Assembly (NCBI GenBank): GCA_028693285.1
Contig: JAQUVQ010000005.1
Location: forward strand, 19,160 to 83,159
DNA from: Smithellaceae bacterium
GTDB lineage: Bacteria; Desulfobacterota; Syntrophia; Syntrophales; Smithellaceae
DNA: 64,000 nucleotides
Direction of reading: 5' to 3'
Shown here piece by piece: positions 9,587 to 19,053 of the stretch. The notes under the pieces were generated by a model, which worked only from the letters and a program-made list of their open reading frames with translations, was not told the DNA's origin and did no database searches. A program made the position numbers and the translations under genes. Each line of letters opens with the position of its first letter. Positions within the stretch are counted from its first letter, which is position 1.

Positions 9587-10921
9587 ATGCTTGAATTCGC
9601 CAGACCCAGAGAGACGCTTTCCGTGGTTGATGCGGCGGCCATTGTCGTGGGCATGGTGCTGGGCGTGGGCATTTTCAAGACCCCGTCCATCGCGGCCGCG
9701 AGCGCCGAAAGCGAAGGGATGCTGATGCTGTTGTGGCTTGCGGGCGGACTGGCCTCCCTGGTCGGCGCCCTGTGCTACGCGGAGCTGATGTCCTCCTGTC
9801 CGCATGCCGGAGGAGATTACCATTATCTCAACAGGGCGTTCGGTTTCACGCCCGCTTTTCTGTACGCCTGGGCGCGCCTGGCCGTCATCCAGACCGGCTC
9901 CATCGCGATGGTGGCGTTTCTTGCCGGCGACTATGCCTCGGAAATTTTTCACCTGGGCCCTCTGTCCTCCTCCCTGTACGCAGCGCTGTTCATTGTTTTT
10001 CTCACGGCCGTCAACATCGCGGGCATAAGGCAGGGCAAGGTGACGCAGATGCTGTTTGCCGCAGGAATCCTTTTCGGATTGCTGATCGTGTCGGCCGCGG
10101 GAATTCTGGCCGACGGACCGCGCGCGCCTGTTTCCGAAGGCGGAATCGTTCCGGGACGGCAGGCGCTGGGCACGGCCATGATCTTCGTGCTGCTGACTTA
10201 CGGCGGCTGGAACGAGGCGTCGTTTCTTTCCGCCGAAGTGCGGCAAGGACCGCGGAATCCGCTGAAGGTCCTGCTTTTCAGTATTGGAACGGTTACGGCC
10301 GTTTATCTGCTCGTCAACGCAGCTCTTTTAAACAGCCTGGGCCTGTCCGGCATGGCTTCCTCCAAAGCGGTGATGGCGGACATGATGCGAAGCCTGCTGG
10401 GGACGGCTGCCGTCGGTGTCGTCAGCCTGCTGATTCTGCTCGCGGCCGTCAGCACGATGAACGCGTCCATCATGACCGGCGCGAGGACGGGTTATGCGCT
10501 GGGGCGGGATTTTCCGGTTCTGGGGCTGCTGGGGCGATGGCAGGGAAAAAGGCAAACACCGGTCAACGCCCTGCTCGTTCAGGGGGGCGTCGCGTTGGCT
10601 CTTGTCGCGCTGGGGACTGGCGCGCATGACGGGTTCGTCATGATGGTGGAATACTCGGCCCCCGTGTTCTGGCTGTTTTTCCTGATGGTCGGCGTTTCCG
10701 TCTTTGTGCTGAGGCGCAGATACCCGGATTTGCCCCGCCCTTTTCGCGTGCCGCTGTATCCGTTGACGCCCCTGGCGTTTATCGCCGTCTGCGCCTTCAT
10801 GCTGTACGCAAGCCTGGCGTACACCGGCCGCGGTTCCTGGGTGGGCGTATGCGTTCTGCTTTCGGGAATTCCACTTTGGGTTTGGCAGAAGAAAAGACGA
10901 ACGGCGGACGGACATTCGTAA
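9587..10921 (+). CDS. APC-superfamily amino-acid permease
   Basis: 444 aa with about 12 TM segments. N-terminal text AAIVVGMVLGVGIFKTPS and LTYGGWNEASFLSAEV is typical of the APC/LAT-type family. Confidence 0.9.
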   Translation: MLEFARPRETLSVVDAAAIVVGMVLGVGIFKTPSIAAASAESEGMLMLLWLAGGLASLVGALCYAELMSSCPHAGGDYHYLNRAFGFTPAFLYAWARLAVIQTGSIAMVAFLAGDYASEIFHLGPLSSSLYAALFIVFLTAVNIAGIRQGKVTQMLFAAGILFGLLIVSAAGILADGPRAPVSEGGIVPGRQALGTAMIFVLLTYGGWNEASFLSAEVRQGPRNPLKVLLFSIGTVTAVYLLVNAALLNSLGLSGMASSKAVMADMMRSLLGTAAVGVVSLLILLAAVSTMNASIMTGARTGYALGRDFPVLGLLGRWQGKRQTPVNALLVQGGVALALVALGTGAHDGFVMMVEYSAPVFWLFFLMVGVSVFVLRRRYPDLPRPFRVPLYPLTPLAFIAVCAFMLYASLAYTGRGSWVGVCVLLSGIPLWVWQKKRRTADGHS

Positions 10922-10956
10922 AACCTAAAGTGATCAAACCATGGAGGGGGAGAAAA

Positions 10957-11748
10957 ATGAAAAGAAGTCTTGATAAAGGCGGCTTCGGGACCCCGGTGGA
11001 TTCGGGCTTTCGCGTTTCGCTCCTGCCGGGAAAACCGGTTTTGGTTTTTATCCTGGCCTTCTGCTGCCTCTTTCTACCCGCCTGGAGTCCGGCGGCGGAT
11101 AAGACGGAAGCAGAGTACGCCGCTCAAAGAGAGAACATGGTTGCACGGCAAATCGAGGACAGGGGAATTTCCGATCCCGGCGTCCTTCGGGCCATGCGCG
11201 CCGTCAGGCGGCACAAGTTTGTTCCTGAAAGCCTGCGCGGCGGAGCCTACGCGGACCACCCACTGCCGATCGGGGAAGGGCAGACCATTTCCCAGCCCTA
11301 CATCGTTGCTTTGATGACGGAGGGGATCCGGCCGAAGTCTCATATGAAAGTGCTGGAAATCGGAACGGGTTCCGGCTATCAGGCCGCGGTGCTGGCCGAA
11401 CTCTGCCAAAGCGTTTACTCGATCGAAATTGTCGAATCCCTGGGAAAAAGAGCGGCAAAGCTTCTCTCCGGACTGTATGACAATGTTCATGTCCGGATCG
11501 GCGACGGGTATCAGGGGTGGCCGCAGGAGGCGCCCTTTGACGCGATCCTCGTCACCTGCGCCCCGACAAAGGTTCCCCGGCCGCTGGAAGATCAGCTCAA
11601 AGAGGGCGGCCGGATGGTGATTCCCGTCGGAGAATCCTGGGTGCAGGAACTGGTTGTGCTGACCAAAAGGAACGGCCGCCTCGAACGACAGGAAATCATT
11701 CCGGTCCGCTTTGTGCCCATGGTGGATGCGAAGGGCCGAAAGTATTGA
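10957..11748 (+). CDS. pcm: Protein-L-isoaspartate O-methyltransferase with N-terminal signal/anchor extension
   Basis: GGAGGGGG-N8-ATG at 10957. Motifs HKFVPE, GEGQTISQPYIVALM and the SAM motif VLEIGTGSGYQAAVLA are present. The first ~45 aa contain a hydrophobic stretch (PVLVFILAFCCLFLPAWSPAADK). Confidence 0.9.
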   Translation: MKRSLDKGGFGTPVDSGFRVSLLPGKPVLVFILAFCCLFLPAWSPAADKTEAEYAAQRENMVARQIEDRGISDPGVLRAMRAVRRHKFVPESLRGGAYADHPLPIGEGQTISQPYIVALMTEGIRPKSHMKVLEIGTGSGYQAAVLAELCQSVYSIEIVESLGKRAAKLLSGLYDNVHVRIGDGYQGWPQEAPFDAILVTCAPTKVPRPLEDQLKEGGRMVIPVGESWVQELVVLTKRNGRLERQEIIPVRFVPMVDAKGRKY

Positions 11749-11766
11749 AGCAAGATTTCTTTCGGC

Positions 11767-12042
11767 TCAGCCCATATTGATGGTGTGGAGCTTCAGAAGA
11801 AATTCCTTGAATTTGTCCTTCGTCGTCTCTTTGATGGATTCAAGCCGGACGACCACGGCCTTGTTGTAAAACGTATACCCGTTTTCGATGATTTCAGGAT
11901 CGTTGTCGTCATCGATGAAGCGCTCCATGAACTTCATGGTGTGTCTTCTTGCCTCTGTTTCATCTTTGGCGGTCACCAGGTAATGATGGTATTCCAGATC
12001 CCCGTCCGTCGTCTCGCTGATTTTTACCCTGTAGTCAGGCAT
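11767..12042 (-). CDS. Hypothetical small acidic protein (91 aa)
   Basis: Clean ORF with GGAG 8 nt upstream of the ATG and its own promoter. No family was recognised. The DNA is visibly more AT-rich than its neighbours. Confidence 0.5.
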   Translation of the reverse strand: MPDYRVKISETTDGDLEYHHYLVTAKDETEARRHTMKFMERFIDDDNDPEIIENGYTFYNKAVVVRLESIKETTKDKFKEFLLKLHTINMG

Positions 12043-12081
12043 ATAATCGTTCTCCTGTTTTTAATGAATGCTGCCGGCCGG

Positions 12082-12110
12082 TATATACTCCAATCACTGG
12101 CCGAAGGCAA
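12082..12110 (-). promoter_or_regulatory. Candidate sigma70-type promoter (TTGCCT-N17-TATATA) for the 91-aa ORF
   Basis: On the minus strand: -35 TTGCCT (12110-12105), a 17-nt spacer, then -10 TATATA (12087-12082), about 40 nt upstream of ATG 12042. Confidence 0.5.
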
Positions 12111-12323
12111 CTATCCCGTTGGGAAGCGGATGAAAATTTTGCCGCACCGGAAACGTCCGTTTTTTCAATCCCGCTTTGGCGGGACGAGCGTTGATTCTCC
12201 GCAGCCTGCTGCGATATGATGACGTTCACTTCATGCCTCGACAGCTTGGCGCGAGGTATTTGACCACGGCCCCGGCGAAGAACGGGAATGCTTGCCCGCC
12301 GGAAAAGCGAAAACCGGATCCGG

Positions 12324-13091
12324 CTATTTCTTCTTCAGGCTGCGGAAATCGGGCTTGCGCTTTTCCATGAAAGCCATCATGGCTTCAATGCTGGCCGGAC
12401 CGCCGGCCAGACGGTCCATGGCCTCCCGCTCGACCTTCAATGCCGCTTCGATGCCCGCCCGATGAGCGGTTTTGAGGCACCGCTTTGTTTCAAGAAGCGA
12501 GCTCAGCGGCAATTGTGCAATCTCCGCGGCCTTCGCCATCGCGCAGGGCAAAAGCTCATCATCGGCGAACTTGCGGGTAGCGATGCCGGTTAGCAGGGCC
12601 TTGTCGGCGTCGATCCATTCCGTGGTGAACAGCAGCTCCGCCGCGAGCTGCGGTCCGATCCGCATCTGCAGCATGTAGCTGCTGGCGAACTCCGGCGCCA
12701 TTCCCAGGCTGTTGAACGGGAGGCGCATCCGCAGACTTTCGCCGACGTAGAGCACGTCGCTGTGGAACAGGATCGTCGCGCCGCCTCCGACGGCGACCCC
12801 TTTGGCCGCTGCGACCAGCGGCTTGTCGAAGTCCACGACCGCGCGCTCCGTGATGCGGTAGCTGTGCGCCTTGCCGGAAACGGCGTAATCCTTCAGATCC
12901 TGGCCGGCGGAAAAGTCTTTGCCCGCCCCCGTGACGACGACCACCGTAACATCGTCATCGGCCCGCGCCGCATCCAGCTCCGCGGCAAAAGATTCCCACA
13001 ATTCCTTGTTGAATGAGTTTTTGCTCTCCGGGCGGTTCAACGTCAACAGCAGGACGCCGTCCTTGAATTCCTTTAAAACCGTGTCGCTCAT
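12324..13091 (-). CDS. Enoyl-CoA hydratase/isomerase (crotonase family)
   Basis: 255 aa. Crotonase text includes LLTLNRPESKNSF, VVVVTGAGKDFSAGQDL and AAAKGVAVGGGATI. Confidence 0.9.
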   Translation of the reverse strand: MSDTVLKEFKDGVLLLTLNRPESKNSFNKELWESFAAELDAARADDDVTVVVVTGAGKDFSAGQDLKDYAVSGKAHSYRITERAVVDFDKPLVAAAKGVAVGGGATILFHSDVLYVGESLRMRLPFNSLGMAPEFASSYMLQMRIGPQLAAELLFTTEWIDADKALLTGIATRKFADDELLPCAMAKAAEIAQLPLSSLLETKRCLKTAHRAGIEAALKVEREAMDRLAGGPASIEAMMAFMEKRKPDFRSLKKK

Positions 13092-13230
13092 TTTTGATAC
13101 CTCTTTTCTTTGAATGTATTTTTCCGGGAGTTTTGCCCCGGCAATTGCGCAAGTTCCGGCCGTCCCTGTTCACCAGGCCGCAAAGAGCAGCGGGCGCCGT
13201 CACGCCCGGTGCAAGCCGGCGGGTCTGAAA

Positions 13231-14064
13231 TCAGATTTTTTCGTATCGCACTTTTCTGCGGTTGACGGTTCGAAGATATTTCACCTTGGGATGCCCGAAG
13301 ACCATCATGAAAATCACCGATTCCCCTTCCTGAATCCCGACTTTTTGCCTTAATTCGGGCGATCGGTCAAACGCGAACGTTCCAAAACCCATCAGGCAGG
13401 CGCCCAGTCCCAGCGCGTTGATCATCAGCTCCAGATGGCCGGCGTTGAAGCAGCCGTCCACCTCGTTGCAGGTGCGGCTGACAATCAGAAGCGCGTTGGG
13501 CGCGCCATGAAACAGCGAATCCCTTTGCTTTTTCTGATAAAAAGAATGCCAGTTGGCCCAGATGGGCTGAAAATCCAGGTATTGGGAAGGGACCCGCATC
13601 GTTTTTTTGTCCACCTGCCGGATGTCCAGTTCCGCCAGGGTTTTCAGGGCGATCGGCGTGATCTCCCGCAGCGTTTCTTTCGTCAGCACGATATAGCGAA
13701 GCGTCTGCGTGTTCGCGCCCGTTTGCGTGTACCGGCCCATTTCCAGAATTTTGGCGATGTCCGCGTCGCTCACCGGTTCGTCGGTATATTGACGGACGCT
13801 TCTGCGGAATTTGACAAAATTCAGGAGGCGATCCGGCGCGATTTCAAACTTCTTCGGATCGTCGTATTCGAGAACTTCGGAAGGATCGTAGTCGCCGGTA
13901 AAAAGAACCGCTTTCTCGGGGCACACGGCCAGGCAGTGTCCGCATTCCAGGCACCATTTGCCGTGAACGGCCTTTCCGTCTTTGATGGCGATGTTGGCGG
14001 TGGGGCAGTCCGCCCTGCATGTGCCGCAGCCGATGCATTTGTCGGGATCCACTTGTATGATCAT
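13231..14064 (-). CDS. Nitroreductase-family protein with N-terminal 2x[4Fe-4S] ferredoxin domain
   Basis: Two CxxCxxCxxxCP motifs (CIGCGTCRADCP, CLECGHCLAVCP) are followed by nitroreductase-like text (RRSVRQYTDEPV ... LGLGACLMG). Confidence 0.85.
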   Translation of the reverse strand: MIIQVDPDKCIGCGTCRADCPTANIAIKDGKAVHGKWCLECGHCLAVCPEKAVLFTGDYDPSEVLEYDDPKKFEIAPDRLLNFVKFRRSVRQYTDEPVSDADIAKILEMGRYTQTGANTQTLRYIVLTKETLREITPIALKTLAELDIRQVDKKTMRVPSQYLDFQPIWANWHSFYQKKQRDSLFHGAPNALLIVSRTCNEVDGCFNAGHLELMINALGLGACLMGFGTFAFDRSPELRQKVGIQEGESVIFMMVFGHPKVKYLRTVNRRKVRYEKI

Positions 14065-14279
14065 GAAACTCTCCTGTGATTCCGGATGATGAAGATTTCT
14101 TAACGCCGCTTCCTGTATTCTCCGGAGATTTTCCTTCTTCCGTCGAATTGCTTTTTGAAAACCGCCCGCAAACAGCCGCCGGTACGGCGATTTCCGGTTG
14201 GAATTAATATGGGGGCCTTGCCCTTGTCAAGATAAAAGAACGGGATGAATCCCTTTATACAAGACAGGCACCTGTTCAA

Positions 14280-15479
14280 TCATGGTTCCGGTCCTTGTGC
14301 CGGTCTGCCGGACCATTTTTTTCCCAGCAGAAAATAATACAGGGGAATGGAGGCAAGAATCACAAAGGTCATGAGGACATACAGGCCGCGGTATCCCACG
14401 AGGGGGACAAGCGCGCCCAGCACGTACGGACCGACGCCAAACCCCATATCCACGAAGATGAAAAAGGTCGTAATCGCGAGCCCCATCCGGTGAGGAGGCA
14501 CCCCTCTGATCGAGATGGCCTGCGCGCAGGAAATAAAACTTCCGTAGCCCAGCGCGAGCAGGACCGCCGCCGCAAGCAGCGTGATCCCCTGGGCGGCCTG
14601 GCTGAACAGCAGCATGCCCAGGGCATAAAGGACCAGGCAGGGATAAACGACAAAATTGGCGCCCCGGATATCCATCAGTCGTCCGGAAAAAGGCCGCGAG
14701 ACGAAGACGGCGATGGAATACACCAGAAAATAAAAGCTGGCGGCTTTTTCCAGATGGATTTCCTTGGCGTACAGGGAGATGAACGTCAGCAGGCCGGAAT
14801 AGCTGAATCCGATGACCAGGATGATGATGGAGATCGGTATCGCTTTGAATTCCAGATAATCGGAGATTTGAAACCGGCGAGCTGCTCCGGACGGCTCCGG
14901 CGCAGGTTTTTCATAGACCGGCTTGTTGACCAGAAACGACATGGCAAAGCTGGCGGACGCCAGAAGCGAGGTAAACGCAAAGATCATCCTGAAATCCGCA
15001 TGATGGATTAAAAAGATGCCGATAAACGGACCCAGGGCCACCGCCAGGATGGCGCCCATGCTGTAATAGCTGATGCCTTCCCCGCGCCGGGCAGGCGGGA
15101 TGATCTGGGCGATGATGGTGCCGGTTGCCGTGCTGGCCGCTCCGAAGGCGATCCCGTGCAGCAGCCGGATGACGATCAGCAGGAATAAATTGACGGCCGC
15201 AAAATACAGTGCCGACGTTATGATAAAAAAGAAGGCGCTGATGATGAGAACTTTCTTGCTTCCGATGTCTTCGATCACACGCCCGGTTCCCAGCCTTCCG
15301 ATCAACGCGCCGATGATGAAGATTCCCGCGACAAGCCCCGCAATGTCCGTGGATGCATGGAATTCATCCACGGCATAAGACGCGATCGTGACGATCAGCA
15401 GAAAATGCGTCAGAAAGACAACGAAATTGATCACGGTGACCGTGATAAAATCCTTGGTCCATAGCGTTTCATGGTTCAT
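14280..15479 (-). CDS. MFS transporter
   Basis: 399 aa with about 12 TM segments. It has the MFS loop motif GRLGTGRVIEDIGSKK. Confidence 0.85.
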   Translation of the reverse strand: MNHETLWTKDFITVTVINFVVFLTHFLLIVTIASYAVDEFHASTDIAGLVAGIFIIGALIGRLGTGRVIEDIGSKKVLIISAFFFIITSALYFAAVNLFLLIVIRLLHGIAFGAASTATGTIIAQIIPPARRGEGISYYSMGAILAVALGPFIGIFLIHHADFRMIFAFTSLLASASFAMSFLVNKPVYEKPAPEPSGAARRFQISDYLEFKAIPISIIILVIGFSYSGLLTFISLYAKEIHLEKAASFYFLVYSIAVFVSRPFSGRLMDIRGANFVVYPCLVLYALGMLLFSQAAQGITLLAAAVLLALGYGSFISCAQAISIRGVPPHRMGLAITTFFIFVDMGFGVGPYVLGALVPLVGYRGLYVLMTFVILASIPLYYFLLGKKWSGRPAQGPEP

Positions 15480-15538
15480 GGTCTGTTTCCTGAGTGCCCG
15501 CCCCCTGTGCCGCGCAACAAGCGGAATCCAAAGAAAAA

Positions 15539-16258
15539 TTATCCGCCCAGATAGGCTTCTATTACCTTCGGGTTTCCGGTCAGTTCTTTGCCGGCGCCGG
15601 AAAGCACGATGCGGCCGGTTTCCAGAACGTAGGCGCGCGAGGCGATGTGCAACGACATGTTGGCGTTTTGTTCGACCAGCAGAATCGTTTTTCCCGCCTG
15701 GTTGATTTCCCGAATGATTCTGAAAATTTCTCTCACCAGCACCGGAGAGAGGCCCATGGAGGGTTCGTCCAGAAGCAGCATCTGTGCATCGCTCATGAGC
15801 GCGCGGCCCACGGCCAGCATCTGCTGCTCTCCGCCGGACAGCATGCCTCCCAACTGTTTGCTTCGTTCTTCCAGCCGGGGGAACAGTGCAAAAACATTTT
15901 TCAGATCGGCGGCGATTTTGGATTTGTCTTTGCGCTGCCAGCAGGCCAGTTGAAGATTTTCCCGCACGGTGAGGTTGCCGAAAATGCCGCGGCCTTCCGG
16001 CACATGGGCGATGCCGGCTGCGACAATCCGGTCGGCGGCAAGGTTTCTCAAATCTTTGCCGGCGAAATTGACGCTTCCGGTGTAGGGAATCAGGCCGGAA
16101 ATCGCGCGCAGGGTGGAGGACTTGCCCGCGCCGTTTGCGCCGATCAGCGTGACAATTTCTCCGCGGGCAACCTCAAAAGAAATATTGTCAACAGCCTGGA
16201 TGCTGTCGTAATGGACGCTTAACCCGGCCACGGAAAGAAGAAGATCGGCGCGGCTCAT
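15539..16258 (-). CDS. livF: Branched-chain amino-acid ABC transporter ATP-binding protein (LivF type)
   Basis: Walker A GANGAGKSS, signature LSGGEQQML, Walker B LLLDEPSMGL. It has a 4-nt overlap with the upstream ATPase gene. Confidence 0.9.
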   Translation of the reverse strand: MSRADLLLSVAGLSVHYDSIQAVDNISFEVARGEIVTLIGANGAGKSSTLRAISGLIPYTGSVNFAGKDLRNLAADRIVAAGIAHVPEGRGIFGNLTVRENLQLACWQRKDKSKIAADLKNVFALFPRLEERSKQLGGMLSGGEQQMLAVGRALMSDAQMLLLDEPSMGLSPVLVREIFRIIREINQAGKTILLVEQNANMSLHIASRAYVLETGRIVLSGAGKELTGNPKVIEAYLGG

Positions 16259-17025
16259 GAGGCGACCTCCTCGCCAAGATAGGCTTCCAGCACTTTGGGG
16301 TTCGCCTGAATTTCGGCAGGCAGACCTTCGGCGATGGTGGCGCCGAAATCCAGCACGACCAGACGTTCGCAGATGCCCATGACCAGGCGCATCTGGTGTT
16401 CAATTAAAAGGATGGTGACGGAAAAGGTCCGGCGAATCCAGCCGATGAAATCCATGAGCTGAAAGATTTCATTGGGGTTCATGCCGGCGGCCGGCTCATC
16501 CAGCAGCAGAAGTTTCGGCTCGGCGGCCAGCGCGCGGGCCATCTCCAGACGCCTCTGCAGCCCATAGGGCAGATTTTTGGCCGTTTCATTGGCGGATTCG
16601 TCCAGATGGAACACGGCCAGCAGATCCAGCGCCTGGCTGGTGATGCGTCTTTCTTCGGCGCGGAAGCGGCCGATGTGCAAGAGGGCCTCGGCAGGCGAGT
16701 AGGCCATTTGACCATAGTGCGCGATGCGGACGTTGTCCAGAACGGAGAGCTCCTTGAAAAGCCGGATGTTCTGGAAAGTCCGGGCAATGCCCAGCCGGGT
16801 GATCGAATGCGGGTCGAGCCCCACCAGTTCCTTGCCCTGAAAGTTGATGCTGCCTTCGCTTGCCCGGTACACGCCGGTCATCAGATTGAAGACGGTGGTT
16901 TTCCCCGCGCCGTTGGGGCCGATAATGCCGACCAGCTCGTTTTGTTGAAGCAGCAGGTTGAAGTCCGACACCGCGCAAAGTCCCGCGAAACGGTGAGTCA
17001 GTCCGGAGATTTTAAGGAGAGGCAT
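16255..17025 (-). CDS. livG: Branched-chain amino-acid ABC transporter ATP-binding protein (LivG type)
   Basis: Walker A GPNGAGKTT, LPYGLQRRLEMARAL, Walker B LLLDEPAAGM. Confidence 0.9.
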   Translation of the reverse strand: MPLLKISGLTHRFAGLCAVSDFNLLLQQNELVGIIGPNGAGKTTVFNLMTGVYRASEGSINFQGKELVGLDPHSITRLGIARTFQNIRLFKELSVLDNVRIAHYGQMAYSPAEALLHIGRFRAEERRITSQALDLLAVFHLDESANETAKNLPYGLQRRLEMARALAAEPKLLLLDEPAAGMNPNEIFQLMDFIGWIRRTFSVTILLIEHQMRLVMGICERLVVLDFGATIAEGLPAEIQANPKVLEAYLGEEVAS

Positions 17026-18061
17026 CGGAGGCCTCCTTTTTCTTTTGCCGCCAGAGCTTTTCCGTGACCAGATCGCGAAGCGGCGTGAACAGGCGGATTT
17101 CCCGCATGCCCATGATGCCGCGCGGCCGGTAAATCATGAGCAGGACCAGCATCAGCGGCATGAAAACCATTCGCCAGACGCCCAGGGGGCGAAGAATTTC
17201 CAGCAGGACGGTGTAGATGACCGCGCCGAGAATCGATCCGGCAATGGATCCGATGCCGCCCAGATAAACCATAATCAGAATATCGGTGGATTTGAGAATG
17301 TCGAACATGCGCGGGTTGATAAATTGCAGCGCGTGGGCAAACAGCCCACCGGCAATGCCGGCAAAAAAGGATGAAACGACGAACGCAATGATTTTGACCT
17401 GGCGCGTGTTGACGCCCATCAGGTCGCTTGCGATTTCATCTTCCCGAATCGAGAGAACGCCGCGCCCGAAATTGGAATAAACCAGATTCCGGATCACCCA
17501 GACACAAAGAGCCGTCCAGAAAAAGACCCACGGCAGCGTGGTGAGCTTCTCCATGCCCAGAAGGCCGCGGGGCCCTCCCACGGCGTCAATGTTTTCCAGG
17601 ATTGATTTGACGATCATTCCGAAGGCCAGCGTGACGATGGCCAGATAATCGCCGCGCGTTTTAAACGAGGGGATGGCCACCAGAAAACCGACCAGGGCCG
17701 CCCCCATGCCGCCGGCCAGAATCGCCGCCGGAAATAAAATGCCGGCGGTGTTCTGCGGAAAGACGTACACGGTCAGAATCGAGGCAATGTATGCGCCGAT
17801 CGCCATGAATCCCGCGTGCCCCACGGAGAATTCTCCCATGTAGCCGTTGATCAGGTTCAGGCTGGCGGTGAGAATGATGTTGATGCCCACATAAATGATA
17901 ATGAGCTGCAGGTATAAATCCACAAAGTCATAAACGTCGGCGGCGATGCAAAAGGCAAGTCCCGCAGCCAGAAAGACCGGCCAGAAATATTTCAGGCCGG
18001 CAAGAAAGCGCCATTGATTGAGCAATGCTGTGCCGGCGGCTTTTATCTTTGTCATGCTCAT
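17012..18061 (-). CDS. livM: Branched-chain amino-acid ABC transporter permease (LivM type)
   Basis: 349-aa polytopic membrane ORF between the LivH-type and LivG-type genes, overlapping both. Confidence 0.9.
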   Translation of the reverse strand: MSMTKIKAAGTALLNQWRFLAGLKYFWPVFLAAGLAFCIAADVYDFVDLYLQLIIIYVGINIILTASLNLINGYMGEFSVGHAGFMAIGAYIASILTVYVFPQNTAGILFPAAILAGGMGAALVGFLVAIPSFKTRGDYLAIVTLAFGMIVKSILENIDAVGGPRGLLGMEKLTTLPWVFFWTALCVWVIRNLVYSNFGRGVLSIREDEIASDLMGVNTRQVKIIAFVVSSFFAGIAGGLFAHALQFINPRMFDILKSTDILIMVYLGGIGSIAGSILGAVIYTVLLEILRPLGVWRMVFMPLMLVLLMIYRPRGIMGMREIRLFTPLRDLVTEKLWRQKKKEASDASP

Positions 18062-18933
18062 ACCTTTTGCGGCTGGGGTTTGCCCAGAATGCCGTAGGGC
18101 CGCAGAATCAAAAGAACCAATAGCAGCGTGAAAGCGACGAAGTCGCGGTACGTGGACGGAAAAAACGCCGCCACGAGAATTTCCACCGCGCCCAGAATGA
18201 AACCGCCGATCATGGCGCCGCGCACGTTGCCGATGCCGCCCACCACCGCGCAGATAAAGGCTTTCCAGCCGACCATGATGCCCATGTAGGGATCAATCAC
18301 CGGGTAGGCCAGCCCGTACATGACGCCCGCCGCTCCGCCCAGACCCGTGCCGATGGCGAAGGTGAGCGAAATGATTTTATTGACCGGCACGCCCATCAGG
18401 GGAACGATCGTCTTGTCCCAGGAAATGGCGCGCATGGCCATGCCCGCTTTGGTGCGCTGGACGACAAAATCCAGAATCAGCATCAGAATCAGCGAAAGCG
18501 CGATTACCAGCACCTGCAAAGAAGAAATGGACAACGATCCGATCGCCCAGGTGGTGTTGGTCAGAAGCGGCGGGATGTGCTTGGGATACGGGGAAAGGGC
18601 CAGCGTGAAATTTTCCAGAAACAATCCCACGCCCAGCGCGGTGATGATGGCGGAGACGCGCGGCGCGGCGCGCAGCGGTTTATAGGCCAGTCTTTCGATG
18701 ATGACGCCCAGACAGGCCACTCCCAGCATCGATAAAAGCAGGGTCGGGACAAACGACAGCTTCAGATAAACAGCCAGCAGGAAGCAGAAAAACGCTCCGA
18801 CCATGAACAGATCGCCGTGGGCGAAGTTGATCATCGTCAGAATGCCGTAAACCATCGTGTAGCCCAGCGCGATGAGCGCATAGATGCTGCCCAGCTGAAG
18901 GGCGTTTAGGGCTTGCTGAAAAAGATAGGCCAT
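18058..18933 (-). CDS. livH: Branched-chain amino-acid ABC transporter permease (LivH type)
   Basis: The likely start is ATG 18933 (MAYLFQQALNALQLGSIYALIALGYTMVYG, the typical LivH N-terminus). The 21-codon extension in the track ORF lies inside a repeat element. Confidence 0.9.
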   Translation of the reverse strand: MAYLFQQALNALQLGSIYALIALGYTMVYGILTMINFAHGDLFMVGAFFCFLLAVYLKLSFVPTLLLSMLGVACLGVIIERLAYKPLRAAPRVSAIITALGVGLFLENFTLALSPYPKHIPPLLTNTTWAIGSLSISSLQVLVIALSLILMLILDFVVQRTKAGMAMRAISWDKTIVPLMGVPVNKIISLTFAIGTGLGGAAGVMYGLAYPVIDPYMGIMVGWKAFICAVVGGIGNVRGAMIGGFILGAVEILVAAFFPSTYRDFVAFTLLLVLLILRPYGILGKPQPQKV

Positions 18934-18940
18934 ACCGGAA

Positions 18941-19030
18941 CCTTCCCCGCCCCCTGCGGGAGGGGATCGAGGGGAGGGGAGTTTTATTTGGATCACCCTT
19001 CCTCGATCCCTCCCATCAAGGGAAGGATCG
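18941..19030. repeat. Intergenic G-tract/C-tract inverted-repeat element (stem-loop; G4-capable arm)
   Basis: GGGAGGGGATCGAGGGGAGGGG (18958-18979) faces its near-complement CCCTTCCTCGATCCCTCCC (18996-19014). A third partial copy, GGGAAGGATCG, lies at about 19019-19029. Confidence 0.7.
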
Positions 19031-19053
19031 CTGATGAAGGATGAAAATACTTT

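Noticed and set aside
18934-18996. 21-codon N-terminal extension of livH (MIQIKLPSPRSPPAGGGEGSG)
   Set aside because: It is encoded entirely by the intergenic inverted-repeat element. The canonical LivH N-terminus begins at ATG 18933.
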